Of a DNA stretch of 64,000 nucleotides, positions 11,902 through 24,101 are shown piece by piece; positions within the stretch are counted from its first letter, which is position 1; each line of letters starts with the position of its first letter. This stretch comes from Eledone cirrhosa. Its lineage: Eukaryota. The DNA lies in the NCBI GenBank assembly GCA_964016885.1, contig OZ024760.1, forward strand, positions 28,210,001-28,274,000. The letters run 5' to 3'. A model generated the notes under the pieces. That model did no database searches. It saw nothing but the letters and a program-made list of their open reading frames with translations, and was not told the DNA's origin. Position numbers and translations under genes: made by a program.

Positions 11902-11956
11902 AGATTCAGGACCCCAACGGTTGAGCTCCGGTCGTTTCGAGAGCTAGATCCGAACT
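11897..11956 (-). mobile_element. Family C short fragment
   Basis: gaaaagattcaggaccccaacggttgagctccggtcgtttcgagagctagatccga matches 2083-2139. Confidence 0.6.
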
Positions 11957-12275
11957 ATATATATACATATATATATATATATTACATATCGAGGATATAT
12001 ATATTTGTGTGTGTAAACAGATGGAGGTTTATATACAGAGATGTCGGTCTTGCCGCTTTTTTTTAAATATTTGTTTCTGTTTTAATAAAGTAATCCGAGT
12101 ATGTGGATGTGTGCAGACGAGGAAAGCAACTGACTCGTAACAATTAGTAATATTAATGATAATGATGATAATCTGTATGAAGAGAGAGACAGGTTCTTTT
12201 AAAGATTGCTTCCAGTTGATAAAACTAAAATATATATACACCGAAAACAACTAGCAGTCCTTTGATTCTTTCACA

Positions 12276-12331
<56 letters not shown>

Positions 12332-12455
12332 ACACTACAGTTATAATCTGCAGGCTATATCTACTCCGATAGTTCTAGGCTTTCTGAGCGGGACAAGAAC
12401 ACACTTTTCAGACGGTGTAGTCATTATTATTATCTCTTGTATACAAATTTATATT

Positions 12456-12524
<69 letters not shown>

Positions 12525-12639
12525 TTGTGTATGTGTAAATTCGTAAGGTGTTACCAATTAACATTAATGAGACCGTGACGCGAAGGCCGCTTAGAACATT
12601 TTTTACACACAAACACCATATATATATATAAATGAAGTA

Positions 12640-12676
<37 letters not shown>

Positions 12677-12781
12677 TAATAAATAAACAGAGAACAAAAA
12701 ACAGAAAAACGAAGAGGCAGTACAAATGATATTAGTATTAGTTTCACGCTTGGGAGTGGGGGAGTGGGGGGGGGTGGGGGA

Positions 12782-12814
12782 CGACGTTTCGGGCATAAGC
12801 CCTTCATCAGGAGA
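12782..12814 (-). ncRNA. Minimal Penelope-type hammerhead core
   Basis: The minus strand reads CUGAUGA-A-GGGC-UUAU-GCCC-GAAA-CGUC. Stem I pairing is poor. Confidence 0.5.
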
Positions 12815-12881
12815 AAAGTGAGTAGGAAGAGAGTTCCGAGGGTGTGTGGGGAAGTGGTGGAAAGACATTTAAAATATATAC

Positions 12882-12918
<37 letters not shown>

Positions 12919-12934
12919 TAGAAGTGGTATATAA

Positions 12935-13095
12935 TTTGTTGGAAGTCCAACAAAATAAATGTTTATAACAGATTTAGAGCACTCAACAGTTTACTGGAGT
13001 AAATATTCAATGATATTAAATAAATGGAAAATATATTAATAAAACCATATTTATTTTATTATATATATTTCAAGGGATAGTTGAAATATATTAGG
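12935..13095 (-). mobile_element. Diverged family A end with a micro fold-back
   Basis: Homologous to 9100-9250; ends in tatatttcaa-gggatag-ttgaaatata. Confidence 0.55.
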
Positions 13096-13376
13096 GATTT
13101 TTCAAACTTATGTGTGAATATGCAAATGAATATGTAAATAATTGAAAAACAACCGTTTATTTAAACGACTATGGAGAGAGAGAAGAGATAGGAGGAGAGG
13201 ATAAAATAGTGCTAGAGAGAGAGAAGAAAGAAAACAAGAGAAGATGAATAAACTCATATAACGTTAATTTGAGGGAAATATATTCTAAGTATATATCTTA
13301 ATAGTACGTGTATTTACGATTATTAGTTGTTTAAAATTTGTTTATAATATAATATTTTTCTTCTGTTATAAGTAGA

Positions 13377-13415
<39 letters not shown>

Positions 13416-13776
13416 ATAGATGGGTATATCATGTTATAGATAATTGTTCTAATGAGTTATGAGGGATATTGGTTTTGTGTTTAATGTAAATAAATATTAA
13501 GTTGAATTAAATTAAGTTGAATTAAATTAAGTTAAATTAAATTAAAATGGGAATATACGGAAAAAACACCGGTTTAATTTATTTATTCGTTAGTGTGAGA
13601 CTATTTAGTTAAAATAAGTATAGATGTTGAAAGATACATTTAGCCAGAATCATTTAGTGTTTTTAAATCTATTGAAAAATATTGAAAAATTATTGATACA
13701 GTATTGAAAAAATATAAAAAATTTGAGAAATTTAAAAAAAAAAAATTTATAAGATATAAGTATATATATATATCTA

Positions 13777-14427
13777 AAAATTAGAAATAAGAGGGATCAG
13801 ATGTTGTTTACTCGAGAGAAGGCTACGTTGGTATGGTCACGTGATGCGCATGAAAGACGACAGCTGTATAAAAAAGTGCAGGGCAATAAAGATAGACGGT
13901 AGCCACGGAGTAGGCAGACCCAGAAAAACCTGGGACGACCTGATAAATTCTGACCTCAGACACTTACACCTCTCCAAGACAATGTCACTGGACCGAGAAC
14001 TTTGGCGGTACTCAGTAATAGAGAAGACCCGCCTTGTCTAAATACAAAGCGAAACCTACTACAGTCAGTAGGCATCTCTAACAAAATACACCCCCGTCCC
14101 ACCACCCCCACCCCATCCACACCGCCCCTTTCAATGTAAAGTTATGTTGGTGCCACAACATCCAGGCCGAAACAAATGAGATCGTGTAGGTGTCACGACA
14201 AAAAACACACAGTCCACGCTGTAATGTGGCCGTGTAGGCAACACGGTAAAAACCTCCCAGACCCACACTGTAAATGCGGTTGGTGTTAGGAAGGGCATCC
14301 AGCTGTAGAAAACCCGCCAGACAGTCCTATGCGAGCAAGACAACCACTCTTGCCTCAAGTGGAAAAACTCCCATGCAAGCGTGGAACATGGACGTTAAAC
14401 GATGATGATGATGATGATGATGATGAT
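13777..14427 (+). mobile_element. RTE-clade LINE, 5'-truncated (ORF C-terminus, 3'UTR and (GAT)n tail)
   Basis: RRLRWYGHVMRM...GRPRKTW motif; 3'UTR shared with 18860-19260 and 23256-23986. Confidence 0.9.
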
Positions 14428-14438
14428 ATATATATATA

Positions 14439-14482
<44 letters not shown>

Positions 14483-14488
<6 letters not shown>

Positions 14489-14677
14489 AAAGAGTCAGGA
14501 CACCGACGGCTGAGCTCCGGCTGTTTCAACAGCTAGTTCGGATCTAGCTGTCGAAACAGCTGGAGCTCAGATGTCGGGATCCTGACTCTTTCCCTATTAC
14601 CCACACTACTACCCTAAGTATTGAGTACTCTGGTGTGTTATGGTCCACCTGGTTTCTTACCACACCTTCTTTGTTTT
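14483..14677. mobile_element. Family C element with palindrome 14483-14597
   Basis: atagggaaagagtcagga...gtttcaacagctag / ctagctgtcgaaac...tcctgactctttccctat, then the family C tail and (TA)n. Confidence 0.75.
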
Positions 14678-14703
14678 ATATATATATATATATATATTTA
14701 TAA

Positions 14704-17470
14704 TCATCATCATCATCATTTGACGTCCATTTTCCACTCTAGTATAGGTTAGATAGGTTGTCCTGTTTGAGGAAAGTCGGGTCAGGTGTCTGTGTGTCTT
14801 GTTCATAAAGAACTGTTTCTATGGATGGATGCACTTCCTAACGCCAACCACATTTTCAGTGGGTACAGGATGTTTTTTCTCATGAGTCCTACACGACTAC
14901 CTTACAGTGGGTACAGGGTGTTTTTTCTCATGACTCCTACACGACTACCTTACAGTGGGTACAGGGTGTTTTTTCTCATGACTCCTACACGACTACCTTA
15001 CAGTGGGTACAGGGTGTTTTTTCTCATGACTCCTACACGACTACCTTACAGTGGGTACAGGGTGTTTTTTCTCATGACTCCTACACGACTACCTTACAGT
15101 GGGTACAGGGTGTTTTTTCTCATGACTCCTACACGACTACCTTACAGTGGGTACAGGGTGTTTTTTCTCATGACTCCTACACGACTACCTTACAGTGGGT
15201 ACAGGGTGTTTTTTCTCATGACTCCTACACGACTACCTTACAGTGGGTACAGGGTGTTTTTTCTCATGACTCCTACACGACTACCTTACAGTGGGTACAG
15301 GGTGTTTTTTCTCATGACTCCTACACGACTACCTTACAGTGGGTACAGGGTGTTTTTTCTCATGACTCCTACACGACTACCTTACAGTGGGTACAGGGTG
15401 TTTTTTCTCATGACTCCTACACGACTACCTTACAGTGGGTACAGGGTGTTTTTTCTCATGACTCCTACACGACTACCTTACAGTGGGTACAGGGTGTTTT
15501 TTCTCATGACTCCTACACGACTACCTTACAGTGGGTACAGGGTGTTTTTTCTCATGACTCCTACACGACTACCTTACAGTGGGTACAGGGTGTTTTTTGT
15601 TGTGACACCTACACAACCACCTTACAGTGGGTACAGGGTGTTTTTTGTTGTGACACCTACACGATCACTTTACCGTGTAAAAGTAGTGTGAACAGAAATG
15701 GGTGGTCTTGTGTTGGTGCATGGGAGGTGTATGGAAGGGGGTATACTGATTAAGAGATGCCTACTAGATATATGTTTCAGTCTGTGTACAAGAGAAAGTG
15801 GGTCTTCTGTATTACTGCATAACGCCAAAGATCTCGAGAGGTGCAATTGTGCAAGGTCAGCTTTTATCACTTCATCCCAGATCTTCCTGGGTCTTCCTAC
15901 TTCAAAACTTCCATCAACTTTGATCACCCTGCACCTTTTTATACAGCTGTCATCCTTCATATGCATCACATGTCCATACCAATGCAATCTCCTCTCTAGT
16001 AAACTGCATCTGATACCTCTTATGCCTAATTTCTCTTTCAATTCATTTACATTTTTCTGTTCATGTATATTACTATTACACATCCATCAGAGCATGCTGG
16101 CTTCATTTCTTTCCAACCTTTGCAGGACCTCTTCACACAGTGCCCAGGTATCACTATTATGCAACATTGCTGTTTATATACATACATCATACAGTCTGCC
16201 TTTCATTTTGAGGGAAAAACCTTTTGTAGCTAACAGTGATAGTAGCTCCCTCAATTTTCTCCATCCTGTTCTTACTCTGGATACTGTACTTTCGGAACAC
16301 CTTCCTCCACTGCTGATTACATCACCCAAGAAATGGAAACTGTCGACTATTTCTACAGAACTGTCTGGGCATTTGAAGGAGCTAGTATCCTGTGCACTCT
16401 TGCTATTTACTGCAGCTGATCATCGCCCACATATAAAACCTATGTTCTTTGATAGCCTTTTTGTGATCCCATTACATCTTTTATGTACCAATAGCTTTCA
16501 TTTAGGACATAGAATGGAATTTCTATGTACTCCTTTTCTGAAAACTGAGCAAGGCCATTTCCCAGAGGGAACCTGAGCCCTGTTTTCCTTTCTACATACT
16601 AGAACTTTAGTCTTAGGCAAGTTAACTTTAAGACCTTTTGATTTTAAGCTATGCTTCCAGGTTTTGAATTTCTTCTCTAATTCTGCCATAGATTCAGCTA
16701 TGAGAGTTAGATCATCTGTATATAGAAGTTCCCATGGGCAGCCAGTCTTAAACTCTTTTGTTATAGCCTGTAGAGTAATAATAAACAGGAGAGGGTTAAG
16801 AACAGAGCCCTGATGGACACCTACCTACATGCTAAATTCTTCACTATATTCATTGTTAATTCTAACCTTACTGACTGTTCCTCAATACATGGCTTGTATA
16901 GCTCTCCTATTCCTAGTTTTCTAAGAGCCCACCAGATAATGGAGCAGGGGACTCTGTCAAAGGCTTTTTCCAAGTCAACAAAAGCTAAGTAGAGGGGTTT
17001 ACTTTTAGTTAGGTACTTCTCTTACAGTTGCCTCACAAGGAAGAGGGTATCCGTGGTACAAATCCAAACTGCATTTCATCAAGTTTAACTTGGTCCCGAA
17101 TCAGCTGTGTGATAACTGTTGCTGTCACCTTCATGTCCTGATCAACCAATTTATAGTTTTCTGTCTAGAGCATCTCCTTTGCCCTTGTAGCAGTTGATAA
17201 TGATGCTGCTAAGCTAGTCATTGTGTATGACACCATTTTGTATTACTTGGTTTACAATACGGGTGGTTATAGTGTGACCCCCCATCCCAGATGTTTTCAG
17301 CATCTCAGCAACTATCTCTGAAGGTCCAGCTGCTTTGCCTGTCTTCATATTTTTTATTGCCTTACTTAATATACTACCACTAACTTGCACAGCCGGTTCC
17401 TCTGTTGGGTTAACTTGGAGAAAACTATCTTCTTTCCATGCATTCTCCTCATTTAGTAGTCTTTGAGACA
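14704..17470 (-). mobile_element. Degenerate RTE-clade LINE (RT, C-terminus and 3'UTR)
   Basis: Frame-shifted RT fragments (MKTGKAAGPSEIVAEMLK; ELLYTDDL; RRLHWYGHV..GRPRKIW); (CAT)n tail at 14704. Confidence 0.9.
14857..15665. repeat. 48-bp minisatellite, about 17 near-identical copies, inside the LINE 3'UTR
   Basis: Unit cagtgggtacagggtgttttttctcatgactcctacacgactacctta. Confidence 0.95.
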
Positions 17471-17849
17471 TGACATCAACATCTTGGACAATTCCACCAA
17501 TAAGAACAAAGAAATTGAGGATAGTCCAAGTCGAAGAGACGGTGCAGAAGCTTAAAGATGGTAAATCCCCTGGAGTCAATAACATTACATCAGAGGTCCT
17601 AAACCATGGAGGGCCAAACCTTATCATGGCACTGACAGTTACCTGTCAGAAGATATGGGAAACAAAGAAATGGCCAAAGGAGTGGACCCAGTCACTGATG
17701 ATGATAGCCATACCCAAGGAAAGAAACTTAAGACTCTGCCAGAACTACAGAACATTCAGCCTTATTAGCCTCCCTAGTAAAGTACTGCTAAGAGTCTTTC
17801 TAAACAGACTTAAGGGAAAGACAGAGGAAATCCTGGCAGAAGAACATGC
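17471..17849 (+). mobile_element. Fragment of a second (BovB-like RTE) LINE, RT N-terminus
   Basis: LKDGKSPGVNNITSEVL...IWETKKWPKEWTQS...IPKERNLRLCQNYRTFSLISLPSKVLLR. Confidence 0.85.
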
Positions 17850-17879
17850 GTACATAATACATGTATACATACATACATA

Positions 17880-18212
17880 CATGGTGGCTGCCAACTCGTT
17901 TTCGAGTACGACCACTACTTTATATCTATGTAGGAGAACCCCTACTGATGCGCTGAACGAGTGTGACTTCTTAGTCCAGCCAGCGACTTGAAAACTCTGG
18001 TACAAACACTACACTTGTGACAATTATTGACACATAGTGCTGGGCCCTTGGTACCATGTGACGACAAGTGCAGAGAGATCTCCAGATATAAAGCAATGCC
18101 TGTGCCGTGAAGCTTTTATAGTGAGCAAAGGCACTGCACAAAGCCAGTCCCACTCTCTTAAGCAAGATGATATTTACCAAAAAGAAGAACAAGTCAACAT
18201 CATTGGATACCA
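17880..18212 (-). mobile_element. Non-coding dispersed repeat (RTE 5'UTR-like), inverse copy of 21300-21631
   Basis: Near-identical reverse-complement match; the ORF track gives MLGPWYHVTTSAERSPDIK in both. Confidence 0.7.
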
Positions 18213-18327
18213 TACATACAGACATCATCTAACCCATGCTAGCATGGAAACATGGATGTAAAATGGTGATGATGATGGTGATACTTACATATATATATAT
18301 ACACCCATGCATACATACACATATATA

Positions 18328-18500
18328 TGATGATGATGGCTGCCCCCTCGTTATCGAGTATGGCCATTGCATGATATAAAATTATTAATAATTATCAATT
18401 AAGCTATCGTGCAATGCCTGGGTGTGAAGATTTGTTTTTAAGTGAGGAAAGACTGCGCAGAGCCAATCCCACTCTCTGAGCGAGCGGCAGTAGCGATAAC
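18328..18500 (-). mobile_element. Dispersed repeat fragment, inverse copy of about 22130-22290
   Basis: gatggctgccccctcgttatcgagtatggccatt...agagccaatcccactctctgag. Confidence 0.65.
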
Positions 18501-18545
18501 ATACATAGATATACACATACAAACATACGTAGATACACACATACA

Positions 18546-18601
<56 letters not shown>

Positions 18602-18604
<3 letters not shown>

Positions 18605-18859
18605 GTGATGATGCACATGGAGGATGACCAGTGGGTAAAGAAGTGCCAAGAAATCCCAGTAGAAGGAAGATTCAGTAGAGGTAGACCACGTAAAACATGG
18701 GCGAAGGGGGTGAGAGCAGACCTCAGATCGCTGAAGCTCACAGAGCAGATGACGAAGGACCGTGATAAGTGGAGAGATGCTGTACTGAATAGGACCCGTC
18801 CAACCCTTGCAAGCAGGGAAAAGCGGACGTAAAATGATGATGATGATGATGATGATGAT
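18602..18859 (+). mobile_element. 3' end of another RTE subfamily with a (GAT)n tail
   Basis: HVMMHMEDDQWVKKC...GRPRKTW...RDKWR; aacccttgcaagcagggaaaagcggacgtaaaa(tga)n. Confidence 0.8.
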
Positions 18860-20710
18860 CATCATCATCATCATCATCATCGTTTAACGTCCATATTCCA
18901 CGCTTGCATGGGTTTGGACGGGGGTTTTCCCACTTGAGGCAAGAGTGGTTGTCTTGCTCACATAGGACTGTCTGGCGGGTTTTCTACCAACCACATTTAC
19001 AGTGTGGGACTGGGAGGTTTTTACCGTGTTGCCTACACGGCCACATTTACAGCGTGGACTGTGTGTTTTTTTGTCGTGACACCTACACGACCTCATTTGT
19101 TTCGGACTGGATATTGTGGTACCAACATAACTTTACATTGAAGGGGTGGTGTGGATGGGGTGGGGGTGGTGGGACGGGGGTGTTTTTGTTAGAGATGCCT
19201 ACTGACTGTAGGTTTCACTTTGTACTTAGGTAAGGCGGGTCTTCTCTATTACTGTGTAGCGCTAAAGCTCTCGGTCCAGTGACATTGTTTTGGAGAGGTG
19301 TAAGTGTGTGAGGTCGGAATTTATCAAGTCGTCCCAGGTTTTTCTGGGTCTGCCTACTCCGTGGCTACCGTCTATTTTTATTGCCCTGCACTTTTTTATA
19401 CAGCTGTCGTCTTTCATGCGCATCACGTGACCATACCAACGTAGTCTTCTCTCAAGTAAACAACATCTGATCCCTCTTATTTCTAATTTCTCCCTTAGTA
19501 CATTTATGCTTTGCCGTTCACGTATGTTACTATTACACATCCAGCGGAGCATGCAAGCTTTGTTTCTCTCCAGTCTGCGTATATCCTCTGCACACAATGC
19601 CCAGGTCTCACTGCCATGTAACATTGCATCATACAGCCTGCCCTTCATTTTTAGAGTGAACCCTTTAGCGGCCAATAGTGGTTTAAGCTCTCTGAACTTT
19701 TTCCATCCCGTTCTGACCCTAGCTACTGTACTTTCAGAGCACCCTCCCCCACTGCTGATTTTGTCACCCAGGTAACGGAAGGTGTCCACTATTTCTATAG
19801 ACCATCTGTGCAATGGAACGAGTTAGTATTCTGTGGGCACTTGCTGCTACTTATTGCACCAGAGCACCGGCCACATATAAAATCTATATTCTTAGATAGT
19901 TTACCTGTGATCCCACTACATCTTTTATGTACCCATACTTTGCATTTGGGACATAAAATGGAGTTTCTACCTACTCCTTTCCTACACACTGAGCATGGCC
20001 ATTTCCCAGATGGGACCGGTGCCCTATTTTCCTTCCTACAAACTAGAACTTTAGTCTTAGACAAGTTAACTTTAAGGCCTTTTGATTCTAGGCCATGCTT
20101 CCATGTTTGGAATTTCTTCTCTAGTTCAGCCATTGATTCAGCTATGAGCGTTAGATCATCTGCATATAGGAGTTCCCATGGGCAGCCGGTCTTGAACTCC
20201 TCTGTTATAGCCTGAAGGGCAATAATAAATAGTAGGGGGCTAAGGACGGAGCTCTGATGAACACCAACTTTTACGCTAAACTCTTCACTATATTCGTTGT
20301 TAATTCTAACCTTGCTGACTGTTTCTTTATACATGGCTTGTATAGCTCTCACAAGCCATTCATCAACATCTAGTTTTCTAAGGGCCCACCAGATAATCGA
20401 GCGGGGTACTCTGTCAAAGGCTTTCTCCAAGTGAACAAAATCTAAGTATAGGGGTTTACTTTCAGCTAGGTACTTCTCCTGTAATTGTCGTACAATGAAA
20501 AGAGCATCTGTTGTACTTTTACCTGACACAAACCCGAACTGCATTTCATCTAGATCAATTCGCTCTCTGATTAGTTGCGCTATTACTTTTTCTGTGACCT
20601 TCATGACCTGGTCAATTAGTTTAATGCCTCTATAGTTTCCCCTATCTAGGGCATCACCTTTACCCTTGTAGCAGTTAATGATGATGCTGCTGCGCCAGTC
20701 CTTCGGAACG
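18860..20710 (-). mobile_element. RTE-clade LINE, 5'-truncated, RT domain with a Cys/His (PHD-like) insert and one frameshift
   Basis: NYRGIKL, QFGFVSGKSTTDA, LEKAFDRV, GVHQSSVLSPLLF, LLYADD, FRYLG, RRLRWYGHV and GRPRKTW motifs; 3'UTR and (CAT)n. Confidence 0.95.
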
Positions 20711-20734
20711 ATGATATATATATATAAATATAGC

Positions 20735-20791
20735 TCCAAACCCATGCAAGCGTGGAAGATGGACGTTAAACGATGATGATGATGATGATGA
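20735..20791 (+). mobile_element. Very short RTE 3' terminus
   Basis: ccaaacccatgcaagcgtggaagatggacgttaaac(gat)n. Confidence 0.7.
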
Positions 20792-20839
20792 TAGATATAG
20801 GGTTCGATAAGGATAAATATATATATCAAATATATAAGA

Positions 20840-20971
20840 ACCCTAGAGCAGGTCTTTTTTGAACGTTCGTTGCCAGGTGATCCTGAGGCAACCACGCTTC
20901 CGTTTCCCACCAGGTGGAGTCCAATTCATCGCTAATTTCAAGTGTCGTTCATCGGGCAGGCGCAGAATATG
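20840..20971 (-). mobile_element. LINE ORF C-terminal fragment; second copy at about 21780-21869
   Basis: The minus strand encodes HILRLPDERHLKLAMNWTPPGGKRKRGCLRITWQRTF. Confidence 0.7.
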
Positions 20972-21024
20972 TTTATTTGTATGTATGTATGTATGTATGT
21001 ATGTATGTATGTATGTATGTATGT

Positions 21025-21631
21025 CAGGTCACCAGTTGGTGCTACTGGTAACATGTATCCCAGTTCAACCTGTCTCATGGTCGGGTCGTTGGTGACTAAA
21101 CTGGCAACCCCACCAAAGTTTCTTGGTGAGGAGGGTGACTTTGGACATCCTGCAGGACTAAAAACAAAACCTGTCAAAGGGCAAAGGAGCTCTTAAGAGT
21201 CAATGGCCATCCAAAATCACCGGGAGAGATGACCCCTTAGCCTTTGTCAAGGCAGAATTCTAGGAGAAGGAAAACTCTGATATAACACCTGCAACCCTGA
21301 TGGTATCCAATGATGTTGGCTTGTTCTTCTTTTTGGTAAAAATCATCTTGGTTAATAGAGTGGGACTGGCTTTGTGCAGCGCCTTTGCTCACTATAAAAG
21401 CTTCACGGCACAGGCATTGCTTTATATCTGGAGATCTCTCTGCACTTGTCGTCACATGGTACCATGGGCCCAGCACTATGTGTCAATAATTGTCACAAGT
21501 GTAGTGTTTGTACCAGAGTTTTCAAGTCGCTGGCTGGACTAAAAAGTCACACTTGTTCGGCGCATTGGTAGGGGTTCTCCTACATGGATATGAAGTAGTG
21601 GCCGTACTCGAAAACGAGTTGCCAGCCACCA
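21025..21631 (+). mobile_element. RTE 5'UTR-like non-autonomous element
   Basis: Contains ctaggagaaggaaaactctgat, recalled as an RTE 5'UTR motif. Its 3' half is repeated at 17880-18212. Confidence 0.55.
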
Positions 21632-21657
21632 TGTATGTATATCATGGCTGCCCCCTC

Positions 21658-21781
21658 GTTAACCATCATATACATACATACACATCCTGTTAACCATCAT
21701 ATACATACATACACATCCTGTTAACCATCATATACATACATACACATCCTGTTAACCATCATATACATACATATACATCCT
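21658..21781. repeat. 31-bp tandem repeat, 4 copies
   Basis: gttaaccatcatatacatacatacacatcct. Confidence 0.9.
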
Positions 21782-21974
21782 GGGGCAACCCCACCTCTGT
21801 TTCCTGCCAGGTTGAGTCCAGTTCATCTCTGATTTCGAGTGTCATTCATCAGGCAGGCGCAGATTATGTGTCAACAGCCATCCAAAAGTGTGTAAATATG
21901 TATATACACATGTATATATATATATATGTATGTATATGCGTGGGGATATAGAAATAGTCGGGCTGGATACCCAA

Positions 21975-22633
21975 TCGCGCGGTTAAACCACTGGGAGTGA
22001 AGGACCCCTAGCCTTTGTCAGGGCATTCTTCTAGGAGAAGGCAACTCAGGAAACTGGGATAACTCCGATATAAAACCTGCGGCTCAGTAGTTACCGATGA
22101 TGTTGATCTTTTCTTCTTTTGGGGTTATAGCTACTGTCTCTCAGAGAGTGGGATTGGCTCAGTGCCCAGTCTTTCCTCACTTTAAAAAATATCTTCACAC
22201 ACAGGCATTGCACGATAGAATTAAATAATAATTATTAATAATGGTATATCGTGTAATGGCCATACTCGATAACGAGGGGGCAGCCATCATGTATGTATGT
22301 ATGTACGTATATACATATATGATGGCTGCAAACTGTGCTAAGAGTATTGCAATCGCTTGTCAGATTATAGAGTTTGGTGCACCTTTAGGCTACGGCCAGC
22401 CACACAAACCTGTGTCATATCCTGAACAAGCAATACCTGTGCTTTGAAGGTTTTTTAAGTGGGGAAAGGCCTTGCACTCGACCAATCCCACTCTCTGAGC
22501 ATCAAAAACACTACCTGAAAAGGAGAACTGGTCAACATCATCGGATGCTTCTGAAGTTGCAGGTTTTTTATTCAGTTTTTCCTCTCTCTTAGAAAGGTGT
22601 TGTGACAACAGCTGGGGGCCTTTCACTCCCACG
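21975..22633. mobile_element. Two diverged RTE 5'UTR-like repeats in inverted orientation (plus 21975-22290; minus about 22435-22633)
   Basis: gggagtgaagg.cccc...ctaggagaagg...aaaacctgc...ctcagagagtgggattgg and its reverse complement. Confidence 0.55.
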
Positions 22634-22637
22634 TAAG

Positions 22638-22666
<29 letters not shown>

Positions 22667-22673
<7 letters not shown>

Positions 22674-23060
22674 CAAATGGAAACTATATTTATAAAACCA
22701 TATTTATTTCATTATACATATTTCAAGGACACCAAGTTAAATTATGGTGTGCTTTCATCAGATAAAATATAATATAGATCAGTTTTATAAATAAATATTG
22801 ACATACCCTTAAAAGAATGCAACCATTACTGTTGGAAGCTCCCGGATAGTCAGTATGGTCGCATTCTTTTAAGGGTATGTCAATATTTATTTATAAAACT
22901 GATCTATATTATATTTTATCTGATGAAAGCACGCCATAATTTAACTTGGTGTTCTTGAAATATGTATAATGAAATAAATATGGTTTTATAAATATAGTTT
23001 CCATTTGTTAATATCGTATTTTTACTCCAATAATTTGTTGAGTGCTTTATATCAGTTATA
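22667..23060. mobile_element. Family A fold-back element
   Basis: About 22667-22826 is the reverse complement of about 22855-23014; (TA)n on both sides. Confidence 0.75.
22912..22976 (+). ncRNA. Type I hammerhead motif (family A)
   Basis: CUGAUGA 22920-22926; stem II aagcacgcca/tggtgttctt; GAAA 22957-22960; stem I tattttat/atgaaata. Confidence 0.7.
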
Positions 23061-23255
23061 TATATATATATTCTGCTCTGTAGAACAACTGATGTTATTA
23101 CATTGAGCTATTTATCTTACTGGTAATAAGGTAGTAATAAATTACTGTCTTTCACTGTTTAGGGTTTAAAATATATATAACTATAAAAGGTTTTAGTATA
23201 TACATAACCATAAATAGTATCCTTAATACTATACATATATATATATATATATATA

Positions 23256-23986
23256 AATACAAAGTAAAACCTACTACAGTCAGTAGGCATCTCTAACAAA
23301 GTACACCCCCGTCCCACCACCCCCACCCCATCCACACCGCCCCTTTCAATGTAAAGTTATGTTGGTGCCACAAAATCCAGGCCGAAACAAATGAGATCGT
23401 GTAGGTGTCACGACAAAAAAACACACAGTCTACGCTGTAATGTGACCGTGTAGGCAACACGGTAAAAACGTCCCAGTCCCACACTGTAAATGTGGTTGGT
23501 GTTAGGAAGGGCATCCAGCTGTAGAAAACCTGCCAGACAGTCCACGCTGTAATGTGGCCGTGTAGGAAACACGGTAAAAACCTCCCAGCCCCACACTGTA
23601 AATGTGGTTGGTGTTAGGAAGGGCATCCAGCTGTAGAAAACCTGCCAGACAGTCCACGCTGTAATGTGGCCGTGTAGGAAACACGGTAAAAACCTCCCAG
23701 CCCCACACTGTAAATGTGGTTGGTGTTAGGAAGGGCATCCAGCTGTAGAAAACCTGCCAGACAGTCCACGCTGTAATGTGGCCGTGTAGGAAACACGGTA
23801 AAAACCTCCCAGCCCCACACTGTAAATGTGGTTGGTGTTAGGAAGGGCATCCAACGGTAGAAAACCCGCCAGACAGTCCTATGCGAGCAAGACAACCACT
23901 CTTGCCTCAAGTGGGAAAACTCCCGTCCAAATCCATGCAAGCATGGAACACGGACGTTAAACGATGATGATGATGATGATGATGAT
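23256..23986 (+). mobile_element. RTE 3'UTR with an internal 112-bp tandem expansion (4 copies, about 23426-23877)
   Basis: Matches 14040-14427; cagtccacgctgtaatgtgg recurs every 112 bp; (GAT)n tail. Confidence 0.9.
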
Positions 23987-24029
23987 ATATATGCCTGTGT
24001 GTATGTATGTTTGTATGTATATATGTATA

Positions 24030-24098
<69 letters not shown>

Positions 24099-24101
<3 letters not shown>

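Noticed and set aside
14786-15691. 301-aa ORF (YSGYRVFFLMTPTRLP)n
   Set aside because: Translation of the 48-bp minisatellite, antisense to a LINE 3'UTR.
15698-16576. 292-aa plus-strand ORF (also 19506-20215)
   Set aside because: Antisense shadow of the RTE reverse transcriptase coding strand.
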